Positions 1 through 9,497 are shown, counted from the stretch's first letter. The stretch is DNA of 36,350 bases from Thermomicrobiales bacterium (GCA_050999735.1 JBPCPB010000296.1:1-36350); one strand, 5' to 3'. Notes: generated by a model not told the origin, from the sequence alone. Program-made: numbers and translations.

Positions 1-1
1 C

Positions 2-202
2 CGCGTGGTCTTTACCTGGGGTACCCCCTGCAACGATGCGCTCCCGCCGGTCTCCTCAACCGTTGAAATCCTCTTCAATGCCGATGGCAACGAGACGGTC
101 GTCGCACTGTTCCATCACGGCCTTCCCGTTGACGAGCGGCCTCACCATGAGATCGGCTGGGCTTCGCGCCTCGACATGCTGCGTCAGGTCGCCAGTTCCT
201 AG
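2..202 (+). CDS. 3' end of an SRPBCC/AHSA1-like protein gene (5' part lies outside the window)
   Basis: The frame is open from the window edge to TAG at 200-202. The tail ...LFHHGLPVDERPHHEIGWASRLDMLRQV resembles the C-terminal G-W...L..L end typical of SRPBCC/AHSA1 proteins. This is recalled family knowledge, not a search. Confidence 0.4.
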   Translation, partial: RVVFTWGTPCNDALPPVSSTVEILFNADGNETVVALFHHGLPVDERPHHEIGWASRLDMLRQVASS

Positions 203-357
203 CGAGTACGCCCACATACGGCACGCCGGCCGATCCGACGGGATGTGTCCCTTTCGACCGGGAGCGGTCGTCGCCCGTCCATGCCGTTCGCTCCCTCGCA
301 CCGGCAATCCATCCCAGCGGTGGTCACTGTGACATTCACCGTCGGGACGTACCCGCA

Positions 358-1380
358 TTAGAGTTGCGTCGTAATCTTGCTGATCCGCCGAAATCCGGGC
401 GGCACACCGCTCGCTGCCGCGAGGGCGTGGACGAAGAGTTGCGCGGGGACGACATCGAGCAACGGCGACAGCCACTGCTCTCCGCCGTCGGCGCGCGATG
501 CATCCGCCGCCGTGTGGGTCTCCCCCTGCGCGACGACCAGCACCCGACCGCCGTAGCCGGCGAGTTCGCCCGCGAGCGCGAGCGCGGAGGCGGCGCCCGC
601 CCCCGGCGGGGCGAAGACGACGATGCCGTCGCCGGGCCGCACGATCTCGACGAACCCGTGCCGGAATGCGCCCACGCTAAGGGCGAGGACGGCGCGCTTC
701 GCCCATTCCGCCGCCATCATGGCGCAGTGCCGCGCGGTGACCGCGTAGGGGCCATGGCCGACGAAGATCAGCCGCTCCGCATCGCCCAGCGCGTCCAGCC
801 AGCGCGCTGCGATCTCCGTGTCGCGCGCCAGCAATGCCGCGATACCGTCGGCGACCCTCGCGAGTATCGTTCGCTCACGCCCGTCCGTCCTCCCCGCCGT
901 GCGCCGGCCGAGCAGCCAGAGGAGCGCGAGCGCGTTGACGTAGGTCTTGCAGGCGACCAGGGTTTCCCGGCCCGCCAGCAAGGGAAGCACGAGCGCCGCT
1001 CGCCGGGCGAGCGGACTCGCTTCGTCGTTGGTCACGCCGATCAGCGTGTGGTCACGGGATAGCCCGTCCGCAAGGGGGAGGACCTCCGCGCTCGCGCCCG
1101 ATTGCGATACGTAGATCACCGCGTTCGTGTGCCGGCGTTGCCACTCGCCGTAATTGATCACGTCGGTGGCTTCCATCGCCGTACCGCCGATGCCGAGGTG
1201 ATGCCAATACTGCACCATGATCGCCGCGGCGTGGTAGGACGCGCCCATCCCGGTCAGCAGCGGGGCACCGAGGTCGCGCGCGGCGGCATCGAGCTGCGCC
1301 TCTCCTGCGTCGGCGTAGAATGTCGCAAGCGTGTGCAGCGCCTCCGGTTGCTGGCGCATCTCGGTCGCGAAGGCGTCCAT
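358..1380 (-). CDS. SIS-domain sugar-phosphate isomerase/deglycase-like protein (GlmS C-terminal / AgaS / FrlB type, two SIS repeats)
   Basis: The 358..2058 ORF is trimmed to ATG 1380, which has an SD GAGGGAGGA about 8 nt upstream. The longer N-terminus is Arg/Pro-rich shadow sequence lying antisense to the ROK gene. It has SIS-like motifs (VIYVSQSGASAE; LIFVGHGPY) and a TAA stop. It is divergent from the ROK kinase gene. Confidence 0.8.
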   Translation of the reverse strand: MDAFATEMRQQPEALHTLATFYADAGEAQLDAAARDLGAPLLTGMGASYHAAAIMVQYWHHLGIGGTAMEATDVINYGEWQRRHTNAVIYVSQSGASAEVLPLADGLSRDHTLIGVTNDEASPLARRAALVLPLLAGRETLVACKTYVNALALLWLLGRRTAGRTDGRERTILARVADGIAALLARDTEIAARWLDALGDAERLIFVGHGPYAVTARHCAMMAAEWAKRAVLALSVGAFRHGFVEIVRPGDGIVVFAPPGAGAASALALAGELAGYGGRVLVVAQGETHTAADASRADGGEQWLSPLLDVVPAQLFVHALAAASGVPPGFRRISKITTQL

Positions 1381-1551
1381 TGAACTCGTCCTCCCTCTGG
1401 TCTCTCCGTGCGGCGCCCATCCGCGACCGCGTGATCGCACCCGCCGCACCGCCGCATGATTGATACTACCAGTGTCCGAAGACACCGACATGCGCGGCAG
1501 CGGGCGTCGCACGTATGCATGTCGCCGACCAATCTCGCCAAGGAGGGACGG

Positions 1552-2541
1552 ATGCTCGGTCGTGAAGATACTCAGGACGCGGTTACGATGAGCGACGCGG
1601 CGGTGATCGTCGTCGACATGGGAGGCACCAAAATCGCGGGCGGCCTGGCAGACCCATCCAGTCGTCTCTCTGCCAGACAGGTGGTGCCGACGTGGCCCGG
1701 CGATGGCCCGGGCGGGATCGACGCCCTGATCACGATGATCGAGCGATTGCACGAGGAGAGCCGGCATACCGGCACGCGGATTCGCGCCGTAGGGATCAGC
1801 GTCGCGGGGATCGTGCGCCATCGCTCGGGGATCGTCCACCTCGCGCCCAACCTGCGCTGGCATGATTTCCCGTTGCGGGAGACGCTGGAAGCGCGATGCG
1901 GCCTGCCCGTCGCCATCGGGAATGACGCGAAGCTGGCGACGCTCGGCGAGTATCATGCCGGCGGCGCCATCGCGGGGGAGACGCTCTTCGGTCTCTGGAT
2001 CGGGACCGGGGTGGGCGGAGGCATTGTGCGCGACGGGCGCATCCTGCATGGCGCCCACGACGCGGCGGGGGAGATCGCCTATCTCCTGCCCGAGCGTGCG
2101 GCCCTCGGGCGCCGGTATCCCGACCTCGGCGCGCTCGAACTCGCGGTGGCGGGGCCCGGTATCGCGGGCCGGGCAGCAGCGCAGCTCGCGGCATCACCCG
2201 GTGTGGTGAGTACGCTTCGAAGGAGTGGATCTCCACCGCAGACAGCGGACATCTTCGCCGCGGCACAGCAAGGGGATGCGGTCGCCGGGGAAATTCTCGC
2301 GGAGACCCTGGAGACGCTTACGCTCGCCATCGCCAACGTCGCGGTCGTCCTCGACCCGGATCGGATCGTCTTCGGCGGCGCGGTCGGATTGGCGCTCGCC
2401 CCGTGGCACGCCGCGATCGTGCAGCGTCTCGTCGGGCGGATCCCCAACGTCCCGTCGATCTTCAGCGCCACCCTCGGCGACGCCGCCCCGCTCGTCGGCG
2501 CCGCGTCGATCGCCTGGGAGCGCGTCTCCCCGCATGAATAG
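1552..2541 (+). CDS. ROK-family sugar kinase-like protein
   Basis: ATG 1552 is preceded by AGGAGGG (1541-1547). It has the N-terminal actin-fold phosphate motif VVDMGGTKI and a ROK-like GAHDAAGEIAY segment. Stop is TAG at 2539-2541. An alternative ATG at 1588 has a weaker SD. Confidence 0.8.
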   Translation: MLGREDTQDAVTMSDAAVIVVDMGGTKIAGGLADPSSRLSARQVVPTWPGDGPGGIDALITMIERLHEESRHTGTRIRAVGISVAGIVRHRSGIVHLAPNLRWHDFPLRETLEARCGLPVAIGNDAKLATLGEYHAGGAIAGETLFGLWIGTGVGGGIVRDGRILHGAHDAAGEIAYLLPERAALGRRYPDLGALELAVAGPGIAGRAAAQLAASPGVVSTLRRSGSPPQTADIFAAAQQGDAVAGEILAETLETLTLAIANVAVVLDPDRIVFGGAVGLALAPWHAAIVQRLVGRIPNVPSIFSATLGDAAPLVGAASIAWERVSPHE

Positions 2542-2949
2542 GGGCGGGTCGCACTGCGGAGGGGGCGCTCGACGCGGACCACGTCCACCGCATCGCGGAG
2601 ATCGGCATGTTGCGCGCCACCCGCTACTACTACCTCGACGCACCGACAGCGGCGAGCGCGGCAGCACACGGAGGAGAGAATATGCCCATCCTCATCCGCA
2701 GCGACCGTTTGCGCGGGCGCATCGTCATCGCATCCCGCATCTCCAGCATCGTCCATCCCGCGCACCGGTCGCAATCGGGGTCGAAAAGTGATGCACAGAA
2801 CGTGCTCGTTTAGCCGTTATTGATGACCGAAAATCACCGCGCCACAAGGAAAAATCGCAATCGGTGGTCTCCCTAATACCGCTTATGCGCCCGTGAAGCG
2901 CCACGAAGACTGCCTTTCGCGCAGATGATAGAGGCCACGAGGTGGCCAG

Positions 2950-3837
2950 CTACCTGAACTCCCGTGCATCCTGTCCCATCAACGGGGAGCGCCGCAGGAG
3001 TTGCTTGACGATCCAGCCATCGTCGCGTGTCCCTGCCAGCAGATGCCGACTGGCCAGGTCGATCAGCAATGCCCACCACATCGGCGTAAGCAACTCCCAT
3101 TCCTCAGGCTCCAGTGGTGACACCTCGGCGTACCCATGGATGACCGCGTCGTACGTGCCGCGCCACGACAGCGCGAAGTCGGCGATCCGGTGATCCCAAT
3201 GCGCCAGTTCGAAGTCGAGGATACCTGAAAGCTGTCCGTTCTGGAAACGCAGATTCCACGGCGTGAAGTCGCCATGGATGACCATGCCGGGTCGGTCTTG
3301 AGGTCGCAGGTTGGCTATTCGCTCGCGGGCGCGGGCGAGGTGCCAGCGCAGCATATGGACCTCCTCCGCACGCTCCCGCTCATGTGCGGCCAGCACGCCA
3401 TCAAGCCTCGCGTCACCAAGGATCTCCTCACAGCGCCGCCAATCGCCGCGCTGCCCCAACCCATCGATCTGTGACAGGTCGGCGTGGAACGCCGCCAGCA
3501 GTCGCCCGCGCGCACGCTGCTCGGCAACTGGATCCGCGACTGATGGGAGATCACCGGGCAGAAACGGGAACAGGCACCACTGATGACCGTCCAGTTCGAC
3601 CGGTCCCGCGATGGCGGGGGCAACCGGCCACCCCCGCGCAGCGAGGCGTGCCAGCAGGCGCAGTTCGTAGTCAATATCGCCGACCCTCTCCGCGATGGCG
3701 TCACCCGGCGCGGCCCAACGACGCAGGACAAGGCGCTCGCCGCGCGCAGCGACGAGCCAGTGTTGATTGAGTCGGCCGCCCAGCGGGGTAACCACGCGGA
3801 CCCCGAACGCCTCCAAGACCTCAGCACTCGGCCACAT
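2950..3837 (-). CDS. Phosphotransferase-enzyme-family (APH / kinase-like fold) protein
   Basis: It has the catalytic-loop motif HGDFTPWNLRF (HxDxxxxN) and the ILDFELAHWD metal-binding motif. ATG 3837 has a strong SD (GAGGAGGG) a few nt upstream. The same frame stays open upstream to ATG 4002/4095 (see the remnant feature 3838..4002). TAG stop. Confidence 0.75.
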   Translation of the reverse strand: MWPSAEVLEAFGVRVVTPLGGRLNQHWLVAARGERLVLRRWAAPGDAIAERVGDIDYELRLLARLAARGWPVAPAIAGPVELDGHQWCLFPFLPGDLPSVADPVAEQRARGRLLAAFHADLSQIDGLGQRGDWRRCEEILGDARLDGVLAAHERERAEEVHMLRWHLARARERIANLRPQDRPGMVIHGDFTPWNLRFQNGQLSGILDFELAHWDHRIADFALSWRGTYDAVIHGYAEVSPLEPEEWELLTPMWWALLIDLASRHLLAGTRDDGWIVKQLLRRSPLMGQDAREFR

Positions 3838-4002
3838 CGATCCCTCCTCATCGCTGTGATCCCGAATGGCTTTCCCGATGAACTGTTCGACCGCATAGCC
3901 GCCGGCGATGCCCCAGGCAAAGGGGGCGTTGGCGAAGGTCTCGATGACTTCCCCTCGCGGCAGCGGTTGCCAATTACGGTCGGGAATGTTGGTGTTCATC
4001 AT
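3838..4002 (-). pseudogene. 5' remnant of a nucleotidyltransferase (ANT(2'')-like fold) gene fused in frame to the APH-like gene
   Basis: The peptide MMNTNIPDRNWQPLPRGEVIETFANAPFAWGIAGGYAVEQFIGKAIRDHSDEEGS matches the N-terminal W-I-G-G-G-W-A-(I/V)-D...G...R.H.D signature I recall for ANT(2'')/lincosamide-type nucleotidyltransferases. It stops before the catalytic DxD. It has its own SD-like GGTGGA upstream of ATG 4002. Confidence 0.35.
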
Positions 4003-4270
4003 GCACACTTCCACCGATCTGGCAGACCAGGCATCGGAACCGTACGGAGAGATCAGCGGTAGTATATCGAGAAGCTGCCACCCGGCGGCAGTCATTTGCC
4101 GTGCATGTCCCCACGGAGGGTTGCTGGGAGATCACGCAACGAGTCGCGAACAAGGAACTGCATTTCGTCATCGCTATCCGCCCCGCGTCATAGGCCAAGA
4201 TAGGGTGGTATTCGAGACATAGGATCACCGTAAAATCCCGTTATGTGCCTCGTTTCGTCGGTGACGGAGG

Positions 4271-4738
4271 TCAGCGCATCGCTTCCAGTGCGTGCAAGTG
4301 CTGATATTGCCACTCTTGTTCCTTGGCTACGGCAGCATCGGCATCGGAGGAGTTGGTGGCTCGGTGTATTGCCTGTAAGGCATAAATTGCCGCACCAATA
4401 GCATGCGTGGGAACATGTGCCGTTGCCACCGCTTGACCTGCGGCATGGGCAGCAGAGCGAGCGGGATTGTCCTCCCCCACGTCACGCGCGGCAGCATGAG
4501 CATCAAGTGATGCCTTACGAATACCTGCCATTCGAAATACTCCTGTCTGTATCCAGGCCTGTAGTGTTTCGATTGCTTGTCGAGGGCGATGGTCTTCTGG
4601 ATATTTTTCTTCAAAATATGGCAGGACACGCTCAGCACAGTCAATTGCCCAGATGGCTAACGTTCTATGGTCAGTTTTCCCTACGCGCTCTACAAACTCG
4701 CCTTTGTAGTGAGTAAGTGAGAATTTTGGTCTCTTCAT
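4271..4738 (-). CDS. Conserved hypothetical, resembles the 'putative immunity protein / Imm5-like' family (often mis-annotated as exonuclease SbcC)
   Basis: Clean 155-aa ORF with ATG 4738 and a TGA stop. Its motifs DHRTLAIWAIDCAERVLPYFEEKYPEDHRPRQAIE...AHAAARD...AAHAAGQA...KEQEWQYQHL match my memory of that family. G+C is clearly lower (about 50% by eye) than in the flanks. Confidence 0.7.
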   Translation of the reverse strand: MKRPKFSLTHYKGEFVERVGKTDHRTLAIWAIDCAERVLPYFEEKYPEDHRPRQAIETLQAWIQTGVFRMAGIRKASLDAHAAARDVGEDNPARSAAHAAGQAVATAHVPTHAIGAAIYALQAIHRATNSSDADAAVAKEQEWQYQHLHALEAMR

Positions 4739-4856
4739 GTACAGCCTTCTTTGCGGTTCCTCTTCGGCATAGAATAGTATGCCTCAGACACCGGCGCAAG
4801 GCAACGTAACACCAATTATAGTATCTGTTCAGGGATGAGGGGGGTATGCTCTCGTC

Positions 4857-5390
4857 ATGATTGACCTGAAGAACGCGAGCCGGGACGACCTGATTCGTCT
4901 GACCGTTTCCCAACACGAAACGATCGCGCGGCAGCAGGTTGTCCGCCACCGGATGGAGCCGACCGCGCGGGTCGTCCATGTCGTGGATACGTGCCCGACC
5001 TGTGGGATGTTGCTGGTCGGCGGATCGGTCAAGCGGACGCGCGAAGTGATCGAGGCGCCGCTGGCACCCGCCATCGTGACAGAGCATGTTTTCCTCGAAC
5101 GATGCTGCCCGCACTTTCGCACCCGGCATACTCCCGCAGGGGATCTCGGTGCGGCGGCGGTGGGCACGCAGCGGTTTGGGGTGGGATTAGTCAGTCTGAT
5201 CGCGACGTTGCGCGCGGAAGCGCGACTGCCCGTGGCGACGATCCAGTGGTATTTGGCGACCGTCCATCAGTTGCACATCAGTGTCGGCGCGACTGCCGGG
5301 GCAATCCAGCAGGTCGCAGGCACGGCGGCGGGCACGATGAGGCAGATGGGTCGCTTGGTCACCGACGCCGCGATCACCGTATCCGGGGCG
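4857..5390 (+). pseudogene. Truncated IS66-family transposase (TnpC) N-terminal fragment
   Basis: It has an N-terminal coiled-coil-like region and the zinc-ribbon CPTCG...CCPHF. It also has the segment RFGVGLVSLIATLRAEARLPVATIQWYLATVHQLHISVGA, typical of the IS66 TnpC N-terminal third. No DDE catalytic part follows, and similarity fades near 5370, where the convergent gene 5393..6064 begins. No terminal repeats were seen. Confidence 0.65.
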
Positions 5391-5392
5391 GT

Positions 5393-6064
5393 TTATGAGA
5401 ACTGCCGCGTGACGACGTTGAACCTCCCCGTCGTGCCATCCGCCGTGGCGAATTGCACCACCGGCCCTTGCAGGGCCGTGAGCGTGACTGCGCCATGCAC
5501 ACCGGATGTCGGATAGACCTTCTCTTCTACCTGCTGGCCAGGGTGCGCACACGCGTCGTCCACCGGGTGGACGAGGACGATTACCCCCTGCTGCGGATTC
5601 TCCAACAGCGCTCCACTATCCAAAATATAAAAGTCGGTCCCGACGACGACCGTGGCGGTCGAGCGGTGCTGGACCAGTTTCACGCCTTCCGCAGCCCGAA
5701 TCGGTGTGCTAATACTTGAGGCTGACGGCACGGTCAGCGGGCACGAGCTGGGAAGCAGAAGGGGCGCATGCGGGATCGCGGTAGGAGCGACCTTCGCCGT
5801 CGCCTGCCGGATCACTTGGCGCGTCGCGAGCAGATCGTTGATATTCCGTGGTGGTGCTGTCCCCGACGTGCCGGTTCCGGCCACCGCACTGCCGCTCAGT
5901 GCTCCCGTCCCTGTCACGGCACTGCCCGTTGGAACGGTCGGTGAGCCGGACGCGCCTTGTGCGGCAGTGCGGAACAGCAGGCCAGCGCCCAAACATGCTG
6001 CGAGGATGATCGCACCGACGAGCAATCGCGCCGGGAAGATTCTCTTCGTGGTCCACGTATTCAT
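5393..6064 (-). CDS. Secreted/membrane-anchored hypothetical protein
   Basis: ATG 6064 has AGGAGGA 7 nt upstream. The N-terminus has a hydrophobic anchor (RLLVGAIILAACLGAGLLF), then a Gly/Ser/Thr-rich linker and a C-terminal globular part. TAA stop. Confidence 0.7.
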   Translation of the reverse strand: MNTWTTKRIFPARLLVGAIILAACLGAGLLFRTAAQGASGSPTVPTGSAVTGTGALSGSAVAGTGTSGTAPPRNINDLLATRQVIRQATAKVAPTAIPHAPLLLPSSCPLTVPSASSISTPIRAAEGVKLVQHRSTATVVVGTDFYILDSGALLENPQQGVIVLVHPVDDACAHPGQQVEEKVYPTSGVHGAVTLTALQGPVVQFATADGTTGRFNVVTRQFS

Positions 6065-6242
6065 GTTCCAGTCCTCCTACTATGTAGGCGTAACAGCATG
6101 CGAATCCTAGCGGGCAGGAGCGCTGGTACCATCAGGCAGCACGGTATCACCACCAGCCACCGGGATGAGCAGCGGGCGGTCATGGGTCACCGTTGCCATC
6201 GCCTGCCGCAGTGGAGGTGACAGGGAGATGACGGGGACAGCG

Positions 6243-7106
6243 TCACTTCAGCCCCGTCTGCGTCAGCCCGGCGATGAACTGCCGCTGCAGGACGGCGTAG
6301 ACAATCAGGACCGGGATCATGATGACAATTGACATGGCGAGCGCCTGGTTGTAGGCACTGGAATATTCGCTGAAGAAGAGCGCGATCCCCTGCGGCAGGG
6401 TGCGCAGACTCGCGCTGGTCACCACGACGACGGGCCAGATGTAGAGGTCCCAACTGCCGAGGAAGCTAAAGATCGCCACTGCGGCAAGGGCGGGGCGGCT
6501 CATCGGCAGCACGACACGGCAGAGGATGCCGAGTTCCGAACTGCCGTCCACCCGCGCCGCGTCCAGGTATTCGTCGGGGATCGCCATGATGTGCTGGCGC
6601 ATGAGGAAGATGCTGAAGGCGTTGACGGATTGCGGGATGATCAGCCCCTGATAGGTGTTCAGCCAGCCGAGGTCGCGCACGACGAGGTAGAGCGGCACGA
6701 GGATTACCTGCACGGGCAGCATCATCGTGCTGAGGATGGCAAGGAAGACGATATTTCGCCCCCAGAACCGGTACTTCGCCAGCCCGAACCCCGCGAGGCT
6801 GGAGACGACGAGCGAGATGAACGTGACGGCCCCGGCGACGAAGAGGCTGTTGAAGAAGTAGCGGCCGAAGGCGTTATGCCGAAAGGGCGTCGTGTAGTTC
6901 TCGAAGTGCAGCGCCCGTGGGATCCACTGCACGGGGATCGTGAAGACCTCCCGGTTGGCCTTAAAGGACGCCGACAATGCCCACACGAGGGGAAAGAGGA
7001 TGAGCAGCGTGCCGACGCCCAGCACCACATAGGTGAAAACCTGCCCGATGATGCGGGAGGGCGCGGGGGCGGCGCGCCGCAGTGCGTTTGGTGTTCGCAT
7101 CTTCAT
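6243..7106 (-). CDS. Carbohydrate ABC transporter permease (CUT1, MalG-like)
   Basis: Multi-TM protein with the EAA loop EYLDAARVDGSSELGILCRVVLPMSRP. Its ATG 7106 overlaps the upstream permease stop (7103) in an ATGA arrangement. Confidence 0.9.
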   Translation of the reverse strand: MKMRTPNALRRAAPAPSRIIGQVFTYVVLGVGTLLILFPLVWALSASFKANREVFTIPVQWIPRALHFENYTTPFRHNAFGRYFFNSLFVAGAVTFISLVVSSLAGFGLAKYRFWGRNIVFLAILSTMMLPVQVILVPLYLVVRDLGWLNTYQGLIIPQSVNAFSIFLMRQHIMAIPDEYLDAARVDGSSELGILCRVVLPMSRPALAAVAIFSFLGSWDLYIWPVVVVTSASLRTLPQGIALFFSEYSSAYNQALAMSIVIMIPVLIVYAVLQRQFIAGLTQTGLK

Positions 7107-8026
7107 ACCTCCGAGCGGAAGAGGCGCATCTGGACGAGGGTGAAGGCCATGACGAAGACGAAGAGGATGACGGACATCGCCGCCGCCGTCCCCATCTTGA
7201 GGAAGACCAGCCCCGTCTCATAGATGCGCACCGCGAGGACGCGTGTCGCGTCCGCCGGGCCGCCGCCCGTCATGATCCAGATGGCATCGAAACTACGCAG
7301 CGCGTTGACGATCGAGACGACGACGACGAAGAACATCGTCGGCTTGAGGAGCGGCCAGGTGATGTGGCGAAACAAGGCCCACGCGCCCGCCCCATCGAGG
7401 CGCGCCGCCTCGTAATACTCGCCGGGAATATTCTGCAGGCCGGCGAGGAAGATGACGGCGTAGTAGCCCGTCGCCCGCCAGATCGCCATGATAATCACGG
7501 CGAGCAGCGCGTGCTGCGTCGAGTTCAGCCACGGGATGGCCTTTCCCAGGACCGGCTCGACGAAGACCGCGTTGATCGGGCCATAGGGGTGATAGAGGAG
7601 CGCCCAGATCACCGCGAGCACGGCGAGCGGCATCATCACCGGCGCGAAAAAAACGGTGCGAAAGAAGGTGCGCAGGCGGATGTTCCGGTTGAGCAGGAGT
7701 GCGAGGCCGAGCGAGAGTGCCCACGTCGGCGCGCTGACGCCGAACGCGTAGATCGCCGTGACCTTGAGGGAGTGGAGGAATGCCGGGGACGAGAGGAGAT
7801 CCTGATACTGCGTCAGTCCGACCCATCGCTTCGGCGTCAGGAGGTCGTAGTCGAAGAAGCTGAGGTAGAACGCGTTGAACATCGGCCAGAACGCGAAAAC
7901 GGCGAAGAAGGCCAGCGCGGGCAGGACGAAAAGGAAGCCGATGAGCGACTGCCGACGGCGATAATTCCAAGCCCGTACGACGCGAGGGGCGAGAACCTGC
8001 GCCTCACGTTGCTCAACCGTTGCCAT
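7103..8026 (-). CDS. Carbohydrate ABC transporter permease (CUT1, MalF-like)
   Basis: EAA loop EYYEAARLDGAGAWALFRHITWPLLKP. The start is set at ATG 8026 (MATVEQRE..., GGAG 8 nt upstream); the ORF-track start 8068 is also possible. Confidence 0.88.
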   Translation of the reverse strand: MATVEQREAQVLAPRVVRAWNYRRRQSLIGFLFVLPALAFFAVFAFWPMFNAFYLSFFDYDLLTPKRWVGLTQYQDLLSSPAFLHSLKVTAIYAFGVSAPTWALSLGLALLLNRNIRLRTFFRTVFFAPVMMPLAVLAVIWALLYHPYGPINAVFVEPVLGKAIPWLNSTQHALLAVIIMAIWRATGYYAVIFLAGLQNIPGEYYEAARLDGAGAWALFRHITWPLLKPTMFFVVVVSIVNALRSFDAIWIMTGGGPADATRVLAVRIYETGLVFLKMGTAAAMSVILFVFVMAFTLVQMRLFRSEV

Positions 8027-8090
8027 GCGCGGCGCTCCATCCAGATCGCGGCGCAGCGCGTATCCCACACCGCGCCGCGATCCATGTCAC

Positions 8091-9497
8091 CTATTTACTC
8101 GTGATTTTGTTGATGTCCGTGGCGGCCGCGTCCAGCACCTGCTTCGCGCTCGTGTTATTGAGGAGCGCTTGCTGCACCGCTTTGTGGACGACATCGTTGA
8201 TCTCGCTGGCGTTCGGGTTGAGGAGGCGCGGGCGCGCGTACTGCATCTGATCGATGAAGACGTCCAGCCCCTTGAAGGCCTTCGCCTCCGGGCTATCGGT
8301 CCAGCCGAGGCGAGGCAGGGCGTAGCCCGAGGTCGTCAGCCAGCGTGCCCCCTGCTGCTGGGCGTAGTTAACGAACTTCCATGCCTCCGCTGTGTTCGGC
8401 GACTTGCCGTTCACCATCCACGCCCATGAAGAGAGCGAGACGACTTTGCGCTTGCCGTCCGACGCTTGCGGTAGCGGCACGATGCGGTAATTATTCTCGA
8501 CCGGGGTGCCCTTGAAGGTCGGCGTCGCCCACGGCCCGAGGATCCACATCGCCACCTTCTCCTGCGTGAAATCCGCCATCGGATCCTGCGCGGTGGAGAC
8601 GTTGACGCCCGGCGCGCCCGCCTTGTACTTGTAGTAGATATCCTGCATCTTCTGCAGCGCCTCCACGCCCTCGGCGTTGTTCAGCACGCACTGCTTTCCT
8701 TTGTCGTCGTCGGAGAGCACGGAGCCGCCCAGTTGATAGACGATGGGAGGATACTGCAACATCGTCCAGCCAGAGGTCAGCAGGTTCCAGCCAAACCCCT
8801 GCCGATCGAAACGGCCATTCGTCATCTTCACCAGTTTCGCGCCGGTCGTGCCGACTTCCGCCCAGGTCTTCGGGTAATCCTTGGCGGGATCGAGCCCGGC
8901 GTCGCTGAACATCTTCTCGTTGATCGTCATCACCCACGAGTTGTACTCGAAGGGCATACCGTAGATCTTGCCGTCCGGTCCCTTGAACGGGGTCAGGCTG
9001 TTCGGCACATATGCCTTCTCCAGATCGGCCTGGCTGGCGAAGCCGAAGGTGGACGGGTCGAGCGGAGCGACGACACCCTTACTCGTATATGTCGGGATAG
9101 TGGTGTCGTTGAGGTCGAACATGTCCGGCGCCTGCCCGCCGGCGAAGGCGGTCGCGATCTTCGTGAAGATGGTATCGTTCGGGATGATCTCCAGCTTGAT
9201 CGTGACGTTCGGGTTCTGTTTCTGGTACTCGTCGATCAGGACCTTCGTGAAATCGTCGGCCGGGTTGTGATTGTGCTTCCAGAAGGTGAGTTCCACCTTC
9301 TTGCCGGAGGAAGACGCGGCGGTCGCCGCGGGCGCACCCGTCGCACCCGTCGCGCCCGTTCCGCCGGACGGCTTCGCCGTCGCCGTTGGGCTGCCACCAC
9401 TTCCACATGCCGCGAGGATCGCCGCCGCGGCGCTTCCCGCGAGCGTCCCGAGGAACCGACGGCGGCTCAACCGATACGATGCAGACTGATGCGACAT
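8091..9497 (-). CDS. ABC transporter extracellular solute-binding lipoprotein (sugar family 1)
   Basis: Signal peptide with lipobox (AAAILAAC-GSGG) and a Gly/Thr/Ala linker, followed by family-1 SBP-like sequence. SD GGAGGAGGG lies 6 nt before ATG 9497. TAG stop. Confidence 0.9.
   Translation of the reverse strand: MSHQSASYRLSRRRFLGTLAGSAAAAILAACGSGGSPTATAKPSGGTGATGATGAPAATAASSSGKKVELTFWKHNHNPADDFTKVLIDEYQKQNPNVTIKLEIIPNDTIFTKIATAFAGGQAPDMFDLNDTTIPTYTSKGVVAPLDPSTFGFASQADLEKAYVPNSLTPFKGPDGKIYGMPFEYNSWVMTINEKMFSDAGLDPAKDYPKTWAEVGTTGAKLVKMTNGRFDRQGFGWNLLTSGWTMLQYPPIVYQLGGSVLSDDDKGKQCVLNNAEGVEALQKMQDIYYKYKAGAPGVNVSTAQDPMADFTQEKVAMWILGPWATPTFKGTPVENNYRIVPLPQASDGKRKVVSLSSWAWMVNGKSPNTAEAWKFVNYAQQQGARWLTTSGYALPRLGWTDSPEAKAFKGLDVFIDQMQYARPRLLNPNASEINDVVHKAVQQALLNNTSAKQVLDAAATDINKITSK

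Noticed and set aside
1381-2058. N-terminal 226-codon extension of the SIS gene ORF (358..2058).
   Set aside because: The extension is Arg/Pro/His-rich, has no domain, overlaps the ROK gene on the opposite strand, and an internal ATG at 1380 has a strong SD.
2682-2813. 43-codon ORF (MPILIRSDRLRGRIVIASR...) with a strong GGAGGAG SD 5 nt upstream, in the 400-nt convergent spacer between the ROK and APH genes.
   Set aside because: There is no recognisable family. The GC3 signal fades in the second half, and the sequence may be a gene remnant. A computed coding-potential score or conservation would be needed to call it.
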